Source: a virus (Duplodnaviria; Caudoviricetes). Taken from it: a stretch of 32,602 nt of DNA. A program made the position numbers and the translations under genes. Each line of letters starts with the position of its first letter. The first letter of the stretch is position 1. Below are positions 9,394 through 15,673 of this stretch, one piece after another. Below the pieces are notes generated by a model that made no database searches, was not told the origin of the DNA, and worked only from the letters and a program-made list of their open reading frames with translations. The DNA lies in the IMG/VR virus record IMGVR_UViG_3300027708_000214, positions 1 to 32,602 of that record; one strand, written 5' to 3'.

Positions 9394-10043
9394 CAATTCG
9401 TATTTCTGTAACGTCAAAATTGGATGGTATTCGCAGCTGGTCGCTACAGGCTATTGACACGTGCCCTGGCTCTATTGAGTCGCCTGGTGTGCTGGTTGAT
9501 GCTTGTAAAGGCTGTTATGCCACTACAGGGAACTACAATTATCCCAACGTGAAAGCGCCCCGATTAGCTAATCGCGACGATTGGCAGCGCATTGAATGGT
9601 GCGACGATATGGTGGCCGAGCTTGAGACCGATCGTTATTTTCGCTGGCTCGATTCTGGTGACCTATATTCGCTGGCACTGGCAGAGAAAGTGCTTGAGGT
9701 GATGCAGCGCACGCCATGGGTGAAGCACTGGCTCCCAACCCGTATGCATAAATTCCCTAAATTCCGCATGGTGTTTGATGCAATGCGCCAGCTGCCTAAT
9801 GTTTCCGTTCGTTTTTCCGCCGATTCTATTGACGGTAGTTTTATTCCTGGTTTGCATGGATCCACTATTGGCCCCGATGCAGCGACATTTCAGCAAATCA
9901 ATGGCGTTTCACTATGTCGCGCATACGAGAATTCGGGTAAGTGCTCGGGCTGTCGAGCCTGTTGGGATAAATCGATTGATCTAATTTGCTATCCCGCGCA
10001 TGGTGCAAAAATGATGCGCGTTATTAAGATCAAGGCCGCATAA
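9390..10043 (+). CDS. Gp88-like Cys-rich phage protein (radical-SAM-like Fe-S candidate)
   Basis: TCPG...ACKGCYA, FRWLDSGDL, HWLPTR and C-terminal CSGCRACW motifs typical of the phage GP88 family. Confidence 0.75.
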   Translation: MTIRISVTSKLDGIRSWSLQAIDTCPGSIESPGVLVDACKGCYATTGNYNYPNVKAPRLANRDDWQRIEWCDDMVAELETDRYFRWLDSGDLYSLALAEKVLEVMQRTPWVKHWLPTRMHKFPKFRMVFDAMRQLPNVSVRFSADSIDGSFIPGLHGSTIGPDAATFQQINGVSLCRAYENSGKCSGCRACWDKSIDLICYPAHGAKMMRVIKIKAA

Positions 10044-10045
10044 TT

Positions 10046-10095
10046 CTAGGGTTATCTGTAAACCCTTCGCGTGAGGGTTTACGGGCTAATCTTGG
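10046..10095 (+). other. Long RNA hairpin, possible RNase III processing site
   Basis: CTAGGGTTA-TCTGTAAACCCT pairs with AGGGTTTACGGG-C-TAATCTTGG, about 21 bp with several G-U pairs and no U-tract directly after the stem. Confidence 0.55.
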
Positions 10096-10113
10096 CCTGT
10101 TTTAGGGGTTTTT

Positions 10114-10230
10114 ATGCGGTCACATTATCAACCAGCATCACAGCGCAGCGTTATCGCTGATTGTCTTTTTGCGGCCTGTATCGGGCTGTTTTTTGCCTGT
10201 TTTTTGTTTTTTTTTTGTGAGGTGACGTAA
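10114..10230 (+). CDS. Small membrane peptide (38 aa)
   Basis: Not in the ORF track. MRSHYQPASQRSVIADCLFAACIGLFFACFLFFFCEVT, AGGGG RBS, stop coupled to the next ATG. Confidence 0.55.
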   Translation: MRSHYQPASQRSVIADCLFAACIGLFFACFLFFFCEVT

Positions 10231-10382
10231 TGACACGTTCAGAATATCTCAGCGCCCTGTTGCGCCTGTTGACCATTGACGAAATAAAGCGCAGCGCAGC
10301 ACAGCCCACGCGCCACATGAGTAAAACCCACGTTTTATTGCACCATGTCGCGCTGCGCCGATTAGATGCTGATTTGACCTAA
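10230..10382 (+). CDS. Hypothetical protein (50 aa)
   Basis: Not in the ORF track. MTRSEYLSALLRLLTIDEIKRSAAQP..., GAGGTG RBS, TAATG coupling, followed by a terminator. Confidence 0.65.
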   Translation: MTRSEYLSALLRLLTIDEIKRSAAQPTRHMSKTHVLLHHVALRRLDADLT

Positions 10383-10388
10383 ACCCAC

Positions 10389-10413
10389 AGCCCGCCATTG
10401 CGCGGGTTTTTTT
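10389..10413 (+). terminator. Rho-independent terminator
   Basis: AGCCCGC-cattgc-GCGGGTT followed by a T-run. Confidence 0.8.
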
Positions 10414-10416
10414 GTT

Positions 10417-10497
10417 GCTGTGCGCCTATAGTGCTGTGCGCTGCTGTGCGCCGATGCGCTCTGCTGCGCCTGTAATGCGCTGTGCTGTGCGCTGTGC
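10417..10497 (+). repeat. Imperfect GCTGTGC repeat cluster
   Basis: GCTGTGC at 10417, 10433, 10443, 10479, 10484 and 10491, plus degenerate copies. Confidence 0.8.
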
Positions 10498-10728
10498 TGG
10501 TGAAAATCAGAGTTTTCGCTGTGGGCAGCGGGAAAAACAGGGGCAGTTTATTGCCAAAAAAACATCGATTTTTGGTAATCTTGGGGGGTATTTGGCGATG
10601 ATCGTCAATTCGACCACATCTGCCAACCGGATTTTTGGCGTTTTTGCAGGGGAAAAATGTTTGATCCCCCCCCCTCAAAAAATTTGAGTGCCTAATTTCT
10701 TTGCTGGAAAAAAGGCTGATTTTGCTGG

Positions 10729-11088
10729 CTATTTTAGGAATTTGAGTTTATATGTTGTTTGGTCGATCAATGCCTGGATTTCATCACATAGGTTTTGGAT
10801 TTCACTATCCTGCGGAAGGTCTTTGCGTCCTTCAGAAAAATAGATGCCTAGCGTTACCAGTTCTTCTAGTCCGGTGGCTGCTGGCCCGTGGTAAGTCACG
10901 GGGAAGGTCGGAACTGTCTGGTACTTGCCCATCATGGATTCTGTCAGAGTGTCAACCAGATCGGACAATTCATCGTAAAACTCACCTAATGCAATATGTT
11001 CCGAATAGGTCGGGGCTTGCCAATGCAGGATATGGGTGTTCGTAATGCTGTGCAGCAATGTAAGAATAAAGTCGCCGATCTTATCCAT
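10729..11088 (-). CDS. Dps/ferritin-like protein (DUF5856-like)
   Basis: HILHW...SEH.ALGEFY..L..LVD.L.E ferroxidase-like pattern and C-terminal YKLKFL. Confidence 0.75.
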   Translation of the reverse strand: MDKIGDFILTLLHSITNTHILHWQAPTYSEHIALGEFYDELSDLVDTLTESMMGKYQTVPTFPVTYHGPAATGLEELVTLGIYFSEGRKDLPQDSEIQNLCDEIQALIDQTTYKLKFLK

Positions 11089-11458
11089 GATGTATTCCCA
11101 GGTGTTTGAGTACGTTTCTAGCAGCTTCTACCTTCCAAGGTTTAAGGCTGATGCTACGGGCGATTTTAAGCCACTCCACGACCTGTTGGCTATAAGCCTG
11201 GTAGTAAATGGTTTCTTTTTCTTCTTTGCTGGCTGTGCCTTGATCCAGCCATTGGTGGCAGAAGTGACACCCCCACACCGTATCGGCATCTGATGCCTTG
11301 ATGCCTTTGCCCTTGCCATTGGAGCCGGAATTGCTGTGACAGGCCACAATTGTGGAAGACCCCCCCGTGCAAAAATTTGGCACTTGTAACAGGCAATGCT
11401 GGTCTTCTGCTAGTTTTAGTAGGTCTTTATTTCTGTAATAGTCGTGTTTTTCAATCAC
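11081..11458 (-). CDS. DUF1364/YbcO-like Zn-binding putative nuclease
   Basis: C..Q.P..C......V.CH......GKG.K..D.....GC..CH..LD signature. Confidence 0.8.
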   Translation of the reverse strand: MIEKHDYYRNKDLLKLAEDQHCLLQVPNFCTGGSSTIVACHSNSGSNGKGKGIKASDADTVWGCHFCHQWLDQGTASKEEKETIYYQAYSQQVVEWLKIARSISLKPWKVEAARNVLKHLGIHHG

Positions 11459-11459
11459 A

Positions 11460-11750
11460 TCATTCTCCAGCCAAAGTTAATCCTAGGGTGGATAAGAGGG
11501 CTTATCTCACCTGCTCCAATATGTAAATATGTATCCAATGCCTACCAAAACCATACAAACCAATATACATATCCAAGCTGCGCTGGACGGGTTAATTCAC
11601 TTATACACAAGACCTAGTTTCCACCTGAGTTATCTTGTGCTTTACCAGTCGGTTAACCAACGCTGGTCGCCTTTTGCATCGGGGTGTGTCGATGTGCGGT
11701 GTTTATCGGGTTCAGTCCATGCAGACCATTTGCTATCGCGCCCTGACGGC
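11460..11750 (-). ncRNA. Candidate structured non-coding RNA or long leader
   Basis: No credible ORF; hairpins at 11644-11667, 11606-11639, 11527-11572 and 11487-11511. Confidence 0.45.
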
Positions 11751-11759
11751 CTAGAACGC

Positions 11760-11864
11760 AAAAAAGCCACTTTCTACTGCGTTCTAATGCTGCCACACTA
11801 GTTCCTTTCGGAGTAACGCATGAGAAAATGGCCTCATGTTTTGTCTTGTGTGGCAGCACTTGAC
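11760..11864 (-). ncRNA. C4/CI-like antisense RNA with upstream target hairpin
   Basis: 13-bp outer stem ending in a U-run, 6-bp inner stem, GAAA tetraloop hairpin, and a hairpin with loop UGGCAG complementary to loop CUGCCA of a 5' hairpin. Confidence 0.65.
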
Positions 11865-11870
11865 GGGGAA

Positions 11871-11876
11871 ATTATA
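11871..11876 (-). promoter_or_regulatory. Sigma70 -10 box for the RNA element
   Basis: Perfect TATAAT 6 nt upstream of the first hairpin; -35 is poor. Confidence 0.5.
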
Positions 11877-12042
11877 TACGCATTTCTATGCGCTTGGTAT
11901 AACTTCTAAATGCTGGCTTTGGTGGCTTATCTTGCCCACATGAATGCTTATTTGCTTCTTGTAGTGCTTGGAAAGGCCAATTGCATTTAGTGCATACCCA
12001 ATAAGGTGGCTCAGGACGGGGAGGATTAACTTGTTTAAGCAT
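11872..12042 (-). CDS. Small zinc-finger-like protein (56 aa)
   Basis: Not in the ORF track. MLKQVNPPRPEPPYWVCTKCNWPFQALQEANKHSCGQ... (CxxC-x12-HxC), GAGGTGG RBS, TAATG coupling. Confidence 0.65.
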   Translation of the reverse strand: MLKQVNPPRPEPPYWVCTKCNWPFQALQEANKHSCGQDKPPKPAFRSYTKRIEMRI

Positions 12043-12287
12043 TATTCCACCTCATAGTTTTCTAAAAAGAATTGAACAAAATTGTTGTCCATATCACCAT
12101 CTTTGTTTAACCGATCCTGAACCTCTTGAATGACTGACTTGGGATCATGGACTAATTCCGCTATGACACGGATGAGCATACAAACCCGTGCAAATTCTTT
12201 TTCGTACTGGCCTTCCACGACTTTAATTTCGTTTTCCATTTCCCGTACCAATGCTTGATAGGCTCGTTGTTCAATAGATTTGTTCAT
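12042..12287 (-). CDS. Hypothetical protein (81 aa)
   Basis: ATG at 12287 coupled to the upstream stop. Confidence 0.65.
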   Translation of the reverse strand: MNKSIEQRAYQALVREMENEIKVVEGQYEKEFARVCMLIRVIAELVHDPKSVIQEVQDRLNKDGDMDNNFVQFFLENYEVE

Positions 12288-12607
12288 TACATCTTCATTT
12301 CTGTTCGTTTGGTGTATTCCTGAGTCTTCCACACTTCCACTTTCATCTTGGCAGCTTCCATCAGGTACTTTAGGCGCTCTTCCTGTTCAACGGCAACTTT
12401 CATTGCGCTCAATTGCTCAAGATAACGCTCATGGCTGTAAGCATACTGCTCCTTGGCTCCAAGGCTGCTAGAGTCAGATTCGTTCATCAAAGTGGCTTTA
12501 ATCGCCTTTAAGTAGCCTTCAATGAATAGTCTGTCTGCTTTGGCCTGAGCGTAAGGCAAAGCGTTTTCTTGAATGAACACAATGGCTCGTTCTGGGTTAA
12601 TTTCCAT
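12287..12607 (-). CDS. Hypothetical coiled-coil phage protein (106 aa)
   Basis: AGGA RBS, helical heptad pattern. Confidence 0.75.
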   Translation of the reverse strand: MEINPERAIVFIQENALPYAQAKADRLFIEGYLKAIKATLMNESDSSSLGAKEQYAYSHERYLEQLSAMKVAVEQEERLKYLMEAAKMKVEVWKTQEYTKRTEMKM

Positions 12608-12614
12608 AAATTTC

Positions 12615-12839
12615 CTATAAATATTTGTCTACTAATGCCTGTAAACCAGCCTCTACGCTGCCATTACCCATCTCTTCTAGCGACAGACGTTGAAGGCTGT
12701 TTAAACGGACGTTGAACGCAGTCCCAACGGGTCTTGTCCTTGGTCTACCAGCACCTAGTCTTGCACCGCCCCAAGGCTTCTTAGGGCCTTGGAACTCTGC
12801 TTCTAGTCTTGCTTTTAGCCAGTCTGGTCTTGCTGCCAT
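12615..12839 (-). CDS. Putative DNA-binding protein (WGGARLGAGRP motif plus ribbon-helix-like segment)
   Basis: GG.R.GAGRP motif followed by a beta-strand/helix pattern (FNVRLNSLQRLSLEEM). Confidence 0.6.
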   Translation of the reverse strand: MAARPDWLKARLEAEFQGPKKPWGGARLGAGRPRTRPVGTAFNVRLNSLQRLSLEEMGNGSVEAGLQALVDKYL

Positions 12840-13024
12840 TTTTTAGCCATTGCAACCATATTGCTGTCTACGCATTCAAGTGCTGCCATTGCAATCGCTA
12901 GCAATGCATCATATTTAGCCTTTTCCTTGGCTCTGTACTCCGACTGGTAAGCAAGACGCTTTTCCTTGTCTCGCTGATAAATTGCTGCTTTTTGTTCTTT
13001 ACGAGTTAGTGGTGACTTTTTCAT
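12815..13024 (-). CDS. Hypothetical basic protein (69 aa)
   Basis: Operon packing with overlaps on both sides. Confidence 0.6.
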   Translation of the reverse strand: MKKSPLTRKEQKAAIYQRDKEKRLAYQSEYRAKEKAKYDALLAIAMAALECVDSNMVAMAKKWQQDQTG

Positions 13025-13184
13025 TGGGTTCTTCTATGGTTACTTCTTCTGTTGCGCCGATATGGAATATGTCTCCATTCTCGTCTGTACACACACTGTA
13101 CATCCCATCAATATGGTGGAATAAAAGAATTACGCCATCACTCAATTTGATTTTTGTATTACGCGGTACGTTATAGAGTTTCAT
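12999..13184 (-). CDS. Hypothetical protein (61 aa)
   Basis: ATGA overlap with the upstream stop. Confidence 0.65.
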   Translation of the reverse strand: MKLYNVPRNTKIKLSDGVILLFHHIDGMYSVCTDENGDIFHIGATEEVTIEEPNEKVTTNS

Positions 13185-13366
13185 TTGTATCTTTCTGATT
13201 TACGTTCCCATTCAATCAAGCGGAGTCGGTCGGTGTTGTCCATCCATGAGCCATCGTCTTCACAAGAGCCGCTATACCGGCGGTGTGGGAACTTGTATGC
13301 ATGGCAGGTGCAAGGCTTGTCTTTGCGCTCTTGGCGCTGCTTATCCAGTAGGTCTAGGACGTTCAT
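13181..13366 (-). CDS. Small Cys/His protein (61 aa, CTC.AY.FPHR..SG.C)
   Basis: ATG at 13366 with GGAG RBS and ATGA overlap. Confidence 0.65.
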   Translation of the reverse strand: MNVLDLLDKQRQERKDKPCTCHAYKFPHRRYSGSCEDDGSWMDNTDRLRLIEWERKSERYK

Positions 13367-13521
13367 AGATGCTCCGCAATGTTGTCGCATTCCACGAAGA
13401 TCACATCGTATGGGATGTCATCAAGAACTTTATCGATGGCCTGGTCTGCGCTATCAGCTTCCACTTGATGAGTCTCAATCCACTTCTTAGCCTTGGGGGT
13501 GATATAGACTGTGTAAATCAT
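13363..13521 (-). CDS. Hypothetical protein (52 aa)
   Basis: Not in the ORF track. MIYTVYITPKAKKWIETHQVEADSADQAIDKVL..., GAGGTG RBS, ATGA overlaps at both ends. Confidence 0.7.
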   Translation of the reverse strand: MIYTVYITPKAKKWIETHQVEADSADQAIDKVLDDIPYDVIFVECDNIAEHL

Positions 13522-13709
13522 GCTTTCACCTCAATTTTTACATTCAAGGAAGACATGACACGATCAAGGACAACTTTGCCAATGATGGTGTCGCAGTAGC
13601 GTCCATGTTGTTCAGTAGTCAAGCGTGATTCCTCGACAAGTTGCTCAAGAATCTTGTAAGCCTCTGCAATCTTGACAAGATCAGCAAGATGGATGGTGGG
13701 TGTGGTCAT
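13518..13709 (-). CDS. Hypothetical protein (63 aa), first gene of the leftward operon
   Basis: ATG at 13709 with GGAG RBS. Confidence 0.7.
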   Translation of the reverse strand: MTTPTIHLADLVKIAEAYKILEQLVEESRLTTEQHGRYCDTIIGKVVLDRVMSSLNVKIEVKA

Positions 13710-13751
13710 AAAGTAGCTCCAAAAAACGCTGTGAAGTAACAGCATGGCGCT

Positions 13752-13840
13752 ATCTTAATGCCAAACTTTGACCTTTTGCAAACTTTTTACTAGGTGTTTA
13801 CCCTAGTATTTTTTGTCAAAAGTTGTGCTAGTCTTACGGC
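13752..13840. promoter_or_regulatory. Divergent promoters with a central palindromic operator-like site
   Basis: Leftward TTGCAA-N18-TAAGAT (13781-13752); inverted repeat TACTAGG-N7-CCTAGTA (13788-13808); rightward extended -10 TGcTAGTCT (13826-13834). Confidence 0.6.
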
Positions 13841-14026
13841 ATGAATGAAAAAAACGAACTTTATTCGGCTCAATCGGTGTTGAACAAAGCATCCGATTAC
13901 GCCTTTACACACTCAGAGAAACATGACCGTGAAGCCTCTGTAGTAGCAGTGCTAGTCCGAGCAATCGAACTGGCTACCGGTCGGAAAGTAAACATGGAGC
14001 GAATGTATGACATACACGACACTTAA
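13841..14026 (+). CDS. Hypothetical protein (61 aa), probably leaderless
   Basis: No RBS; ATG lies 6 nt after the -10 box. Confidence 0.6.
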   Translation: MNEKNELYSAQSVLNKASDYAFTHSEKHDREASVVAVLVRAIELATGRKVNMERMYDIHDT

Positions 14027-14207
14027 AGAAATCCAGTGCGAGGGGAAGCATCCCTATCCCACTAGAAATCTTGCCCAAGGGACGATAGACAGACGAAGGA
14101 TGGGTGGGCCACCATTGGAATCCTATCAATGTTCCCATTGTGGTTTCTACCACGTTGGACACGCGCAGCCCAAGAAGCAAAAGTTGCAAAAGTTTAGGGC
14201 TGAATAA
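14007..14207 (+). CDS. Small Zn-binding phage protein (66 aa)
   Basis: C.GK..Y...YQCSHCGFYH pattern, GGAG RBS. Confidence 0.7.
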   Translation: MTYTTLKEIQCEGKHPYPTRNLAQGTIDRRRMGGPPLESYQCSHCGFYHVGHAQPKKQKLQKFRAE

Positions 14208-14827
14208 TGCACTTTTATCCATTCAACATTGGGGACTACTACAGTCACACTCGGCATTTGTCCGAAATAGAAGACATTGCTTATCGTAGACTGTTAGATG
14301 CTTACTATCTCGCTGAACGTCCGTTGAACAGCGGCATTGCTTCTGTAGCACGGCAAGTAAATATGCGTGATTGGGAAGAAGAAGTTGGTGTCGTTTTGCA
14401 TGAATTTTTCGTGCTTACAGAGGCCGGTTGGGTCAACGAACGAGCCGACATTGAAATAGCCCGTTACAGAGCGAAAATCGAGCAAGCATCTAAGGCTGGA
14501 AAGCTGTCTGCGGAGCGTAGATTTAACAAGCCTTCAACGGACGTTCAACTAAACAAGAAACAAGAAACAAGAAACAATAGTAAGGCAATCACACCGCCTG
14601 ACGGCGTTTCTGTTGAAGTTTGGAACGAATTTGTGACTCACCGCAAGGCCAAGAAAGCCAGAGTCACTCCACTTGTGATCGACGGCATTGCCAAACAAGC
14701 AGCGAAGGCTGGATGGACACTAGAAAACGCCTTGAAGGAAATCATTGTTCGAAATTGGCAGTCCTTCAATGCCGATTGGGTCAAAGATAGCAAAGCAACG
14801 TATACACCAATGAAAGGAATTTTATGA
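14207..14827 (+). CDS. Replication initiator, YdaU/DUF1376 family
   Basis: N-terminus MHFYPFNIGDY...T.HLS..E..AYRRLLD.YY; C-terminal W.EF..HRKAKK...NWQSF.ADW domain. Confidence 0.85.
   Translation: MHFYPFNIGDYYSHTRHLSEIEDIAYRRLLDAYYLAERPLNSGIASVARQVNMRDWEEEVGVVLHEFFVLTEAGWVNERADIEIARYRAKIEQASKAGKLSAERRFNKPSTDVQLNKKQETRNNSKAITPPDGVSVEVWNEFVTHRKAKKARVTPLVIDGIAKQAAKAGWTLENALKEIIVRNWQSFNADWVKDSKATYTPMKGIL
14533..14578 (+). repeat. Putative replication origin inside the initiator gene
   Basis: Two TTCAAC copies followed by tandem AAACAAG x3 plus AAACAAT (14551-14578), in the inter-domain linker as in lambdoid origins. Confidence 0.55.
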
Positions 14828-15099
14828 ACGAACGAGACAACGAGCTTTGGAAACAATCCTTGTACGATGGTGACAGAGCAGAGTCAACAATAGCTCATTT
14901 TGCTGAACTCATCCGTGCCGATGAGCGTGAGCGTATCAAGGCTGCAAACGCGCCGGAGATTGAACGTATCAATGTCCACCTTAAAAGCCTAGAAGACGCC
15001 GTTCTGGACGAGCGTGAGGCTTGTGCGAAGTTAGCAGATGAAATTGACCCCGTTTGGGAATCTCTTTCTTTCGCAATCCGAGCAAGGGGGAACACATGA
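14824..15099 (+). CDS. Hypothetical protein (EREACAK-type, 91 aa)
   Basis: AAGGA RBS, ATGA overlap; ERE motif occurs twice; ends AIRARGNT. Confidence 0.7.
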   Translation: MNERDNELWKQSLYDGDRAESTIAHFAELIRADERERIKAANAPEIERINVHLKSLEDAVLDEREACAKLADEIDPVWESLSFAIRARGNT

Positions 15100-15352
15100 A
15101 AAACAATGACTTAATACAAACAATTGGCGGGGTTTGGAACGAGCAACCTCATTGGCCAGTTTTGTACTGGGGTACAGGTGTAGCCGAAGGCGTCAAATGG
15201 CTTGAGTTGATAGCCGATGACTGGACATATACGTTCAAAACAACAGGGCAGAAATTCTCCGCGATAAACCTAAACTTGCCTTACGGCCCAATTAAGAATG
15301 TTCGCCGACAAGACATGATTGTTTCTATCCAAGAAAGGGGGAACACATGAAA
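15076..15352 (+). repeat. 26-nt direct repeat pair (15076-15101, 15327-15352)
   Basis: ATCCgAGcAAGGGGGAACACATGAAA and ATCCaAGaAAGGGGGAACACATGAAA, 24/26 identical. Confidence 0.85.
15096..15350 (+). CDS. Hypothetical protein (84 aa)
   Basis: ATG at 15096 inside the repeat; ends IQERGNT like the upstream gene. Confidence 0.7.
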   Translation: MKNNDLIQTIGGVWNEQPHWPVLYWGTGVAEGVKWLELIADDWTYTFKTTGQKFSAINLNLPYGPIKNVRRQDMIVSIQERGNT

Positions 15353-15673
15353 GGTCATGAGAAGATCATCAACTTGCGGATGCAGGGCAAGGTTCCCGAA
15401 CTGGTTTACTTGGATGACTTTGAAAGCGCATTGGCAGATTGGGAAGAGATGGGAACCAATCCTGTTGTTACTTTGACCAACGATGTACCAGAAGCCCTTG
15501 ATTTGCGCTTCTTGTTCGGTCTAAGGGTGAGTGTCACCAGCAGGTCAGAAGATCGTGCAAAACGCCTGTTTAACGCCTGCAAAGTGGCAAAGGCTAAATG
15601 GGTTGGTGCAAGCCATACCGAAATGCATGGTGAACGAGTAACAACAGGATGGATGGAGTTGTATTGTGGCTAA
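15347..15673 (+). CDS. Hypothetical protein (108 aa)
   Basis: AGGGGG RBS, ATGA overlap. Confidence 0.75.
   Translation: MKGHEKIINLRMQGKVPELVYLDDFESALADWEEMGTNPVVTLTNDVPEALDLRFLFGLRVSVTSRSEDRAKRLFNACKVAKAKWVGASHTEMHGERVTTGWMELYCG

Noticed and set aside
10417-10497. CRISPR array or mini-array
   Set aside because: Repeats are 7 nt with irregular short spacing and no cas genes. The 26-nt repeat pairs elsewhere bracket whole genes, not spacers.
10379-10687. ORFs 10379-10678 (-) and 10412-10687 (+)
   Set aside because: Translations of repeat and A-tract sequence overlapping or following a terminator; no RBS.
11529-11859. ORFs 11529-11801 (+) and 11653-11859 (-)
   Set aside because: No RBS or recognisable features, and the region is better explained by RNA structure. 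A translated leader peptide cannot be fully excluded.
11460-11864. Known self-cleaving ribozyme, tRNA or group I/II intron
   Set aside because: No hammerhead CUGANGA/GAAA core, T-loop/anticodon cloverleaf or intron core was seen by eye; a covariance-model scan is needed to be certain.
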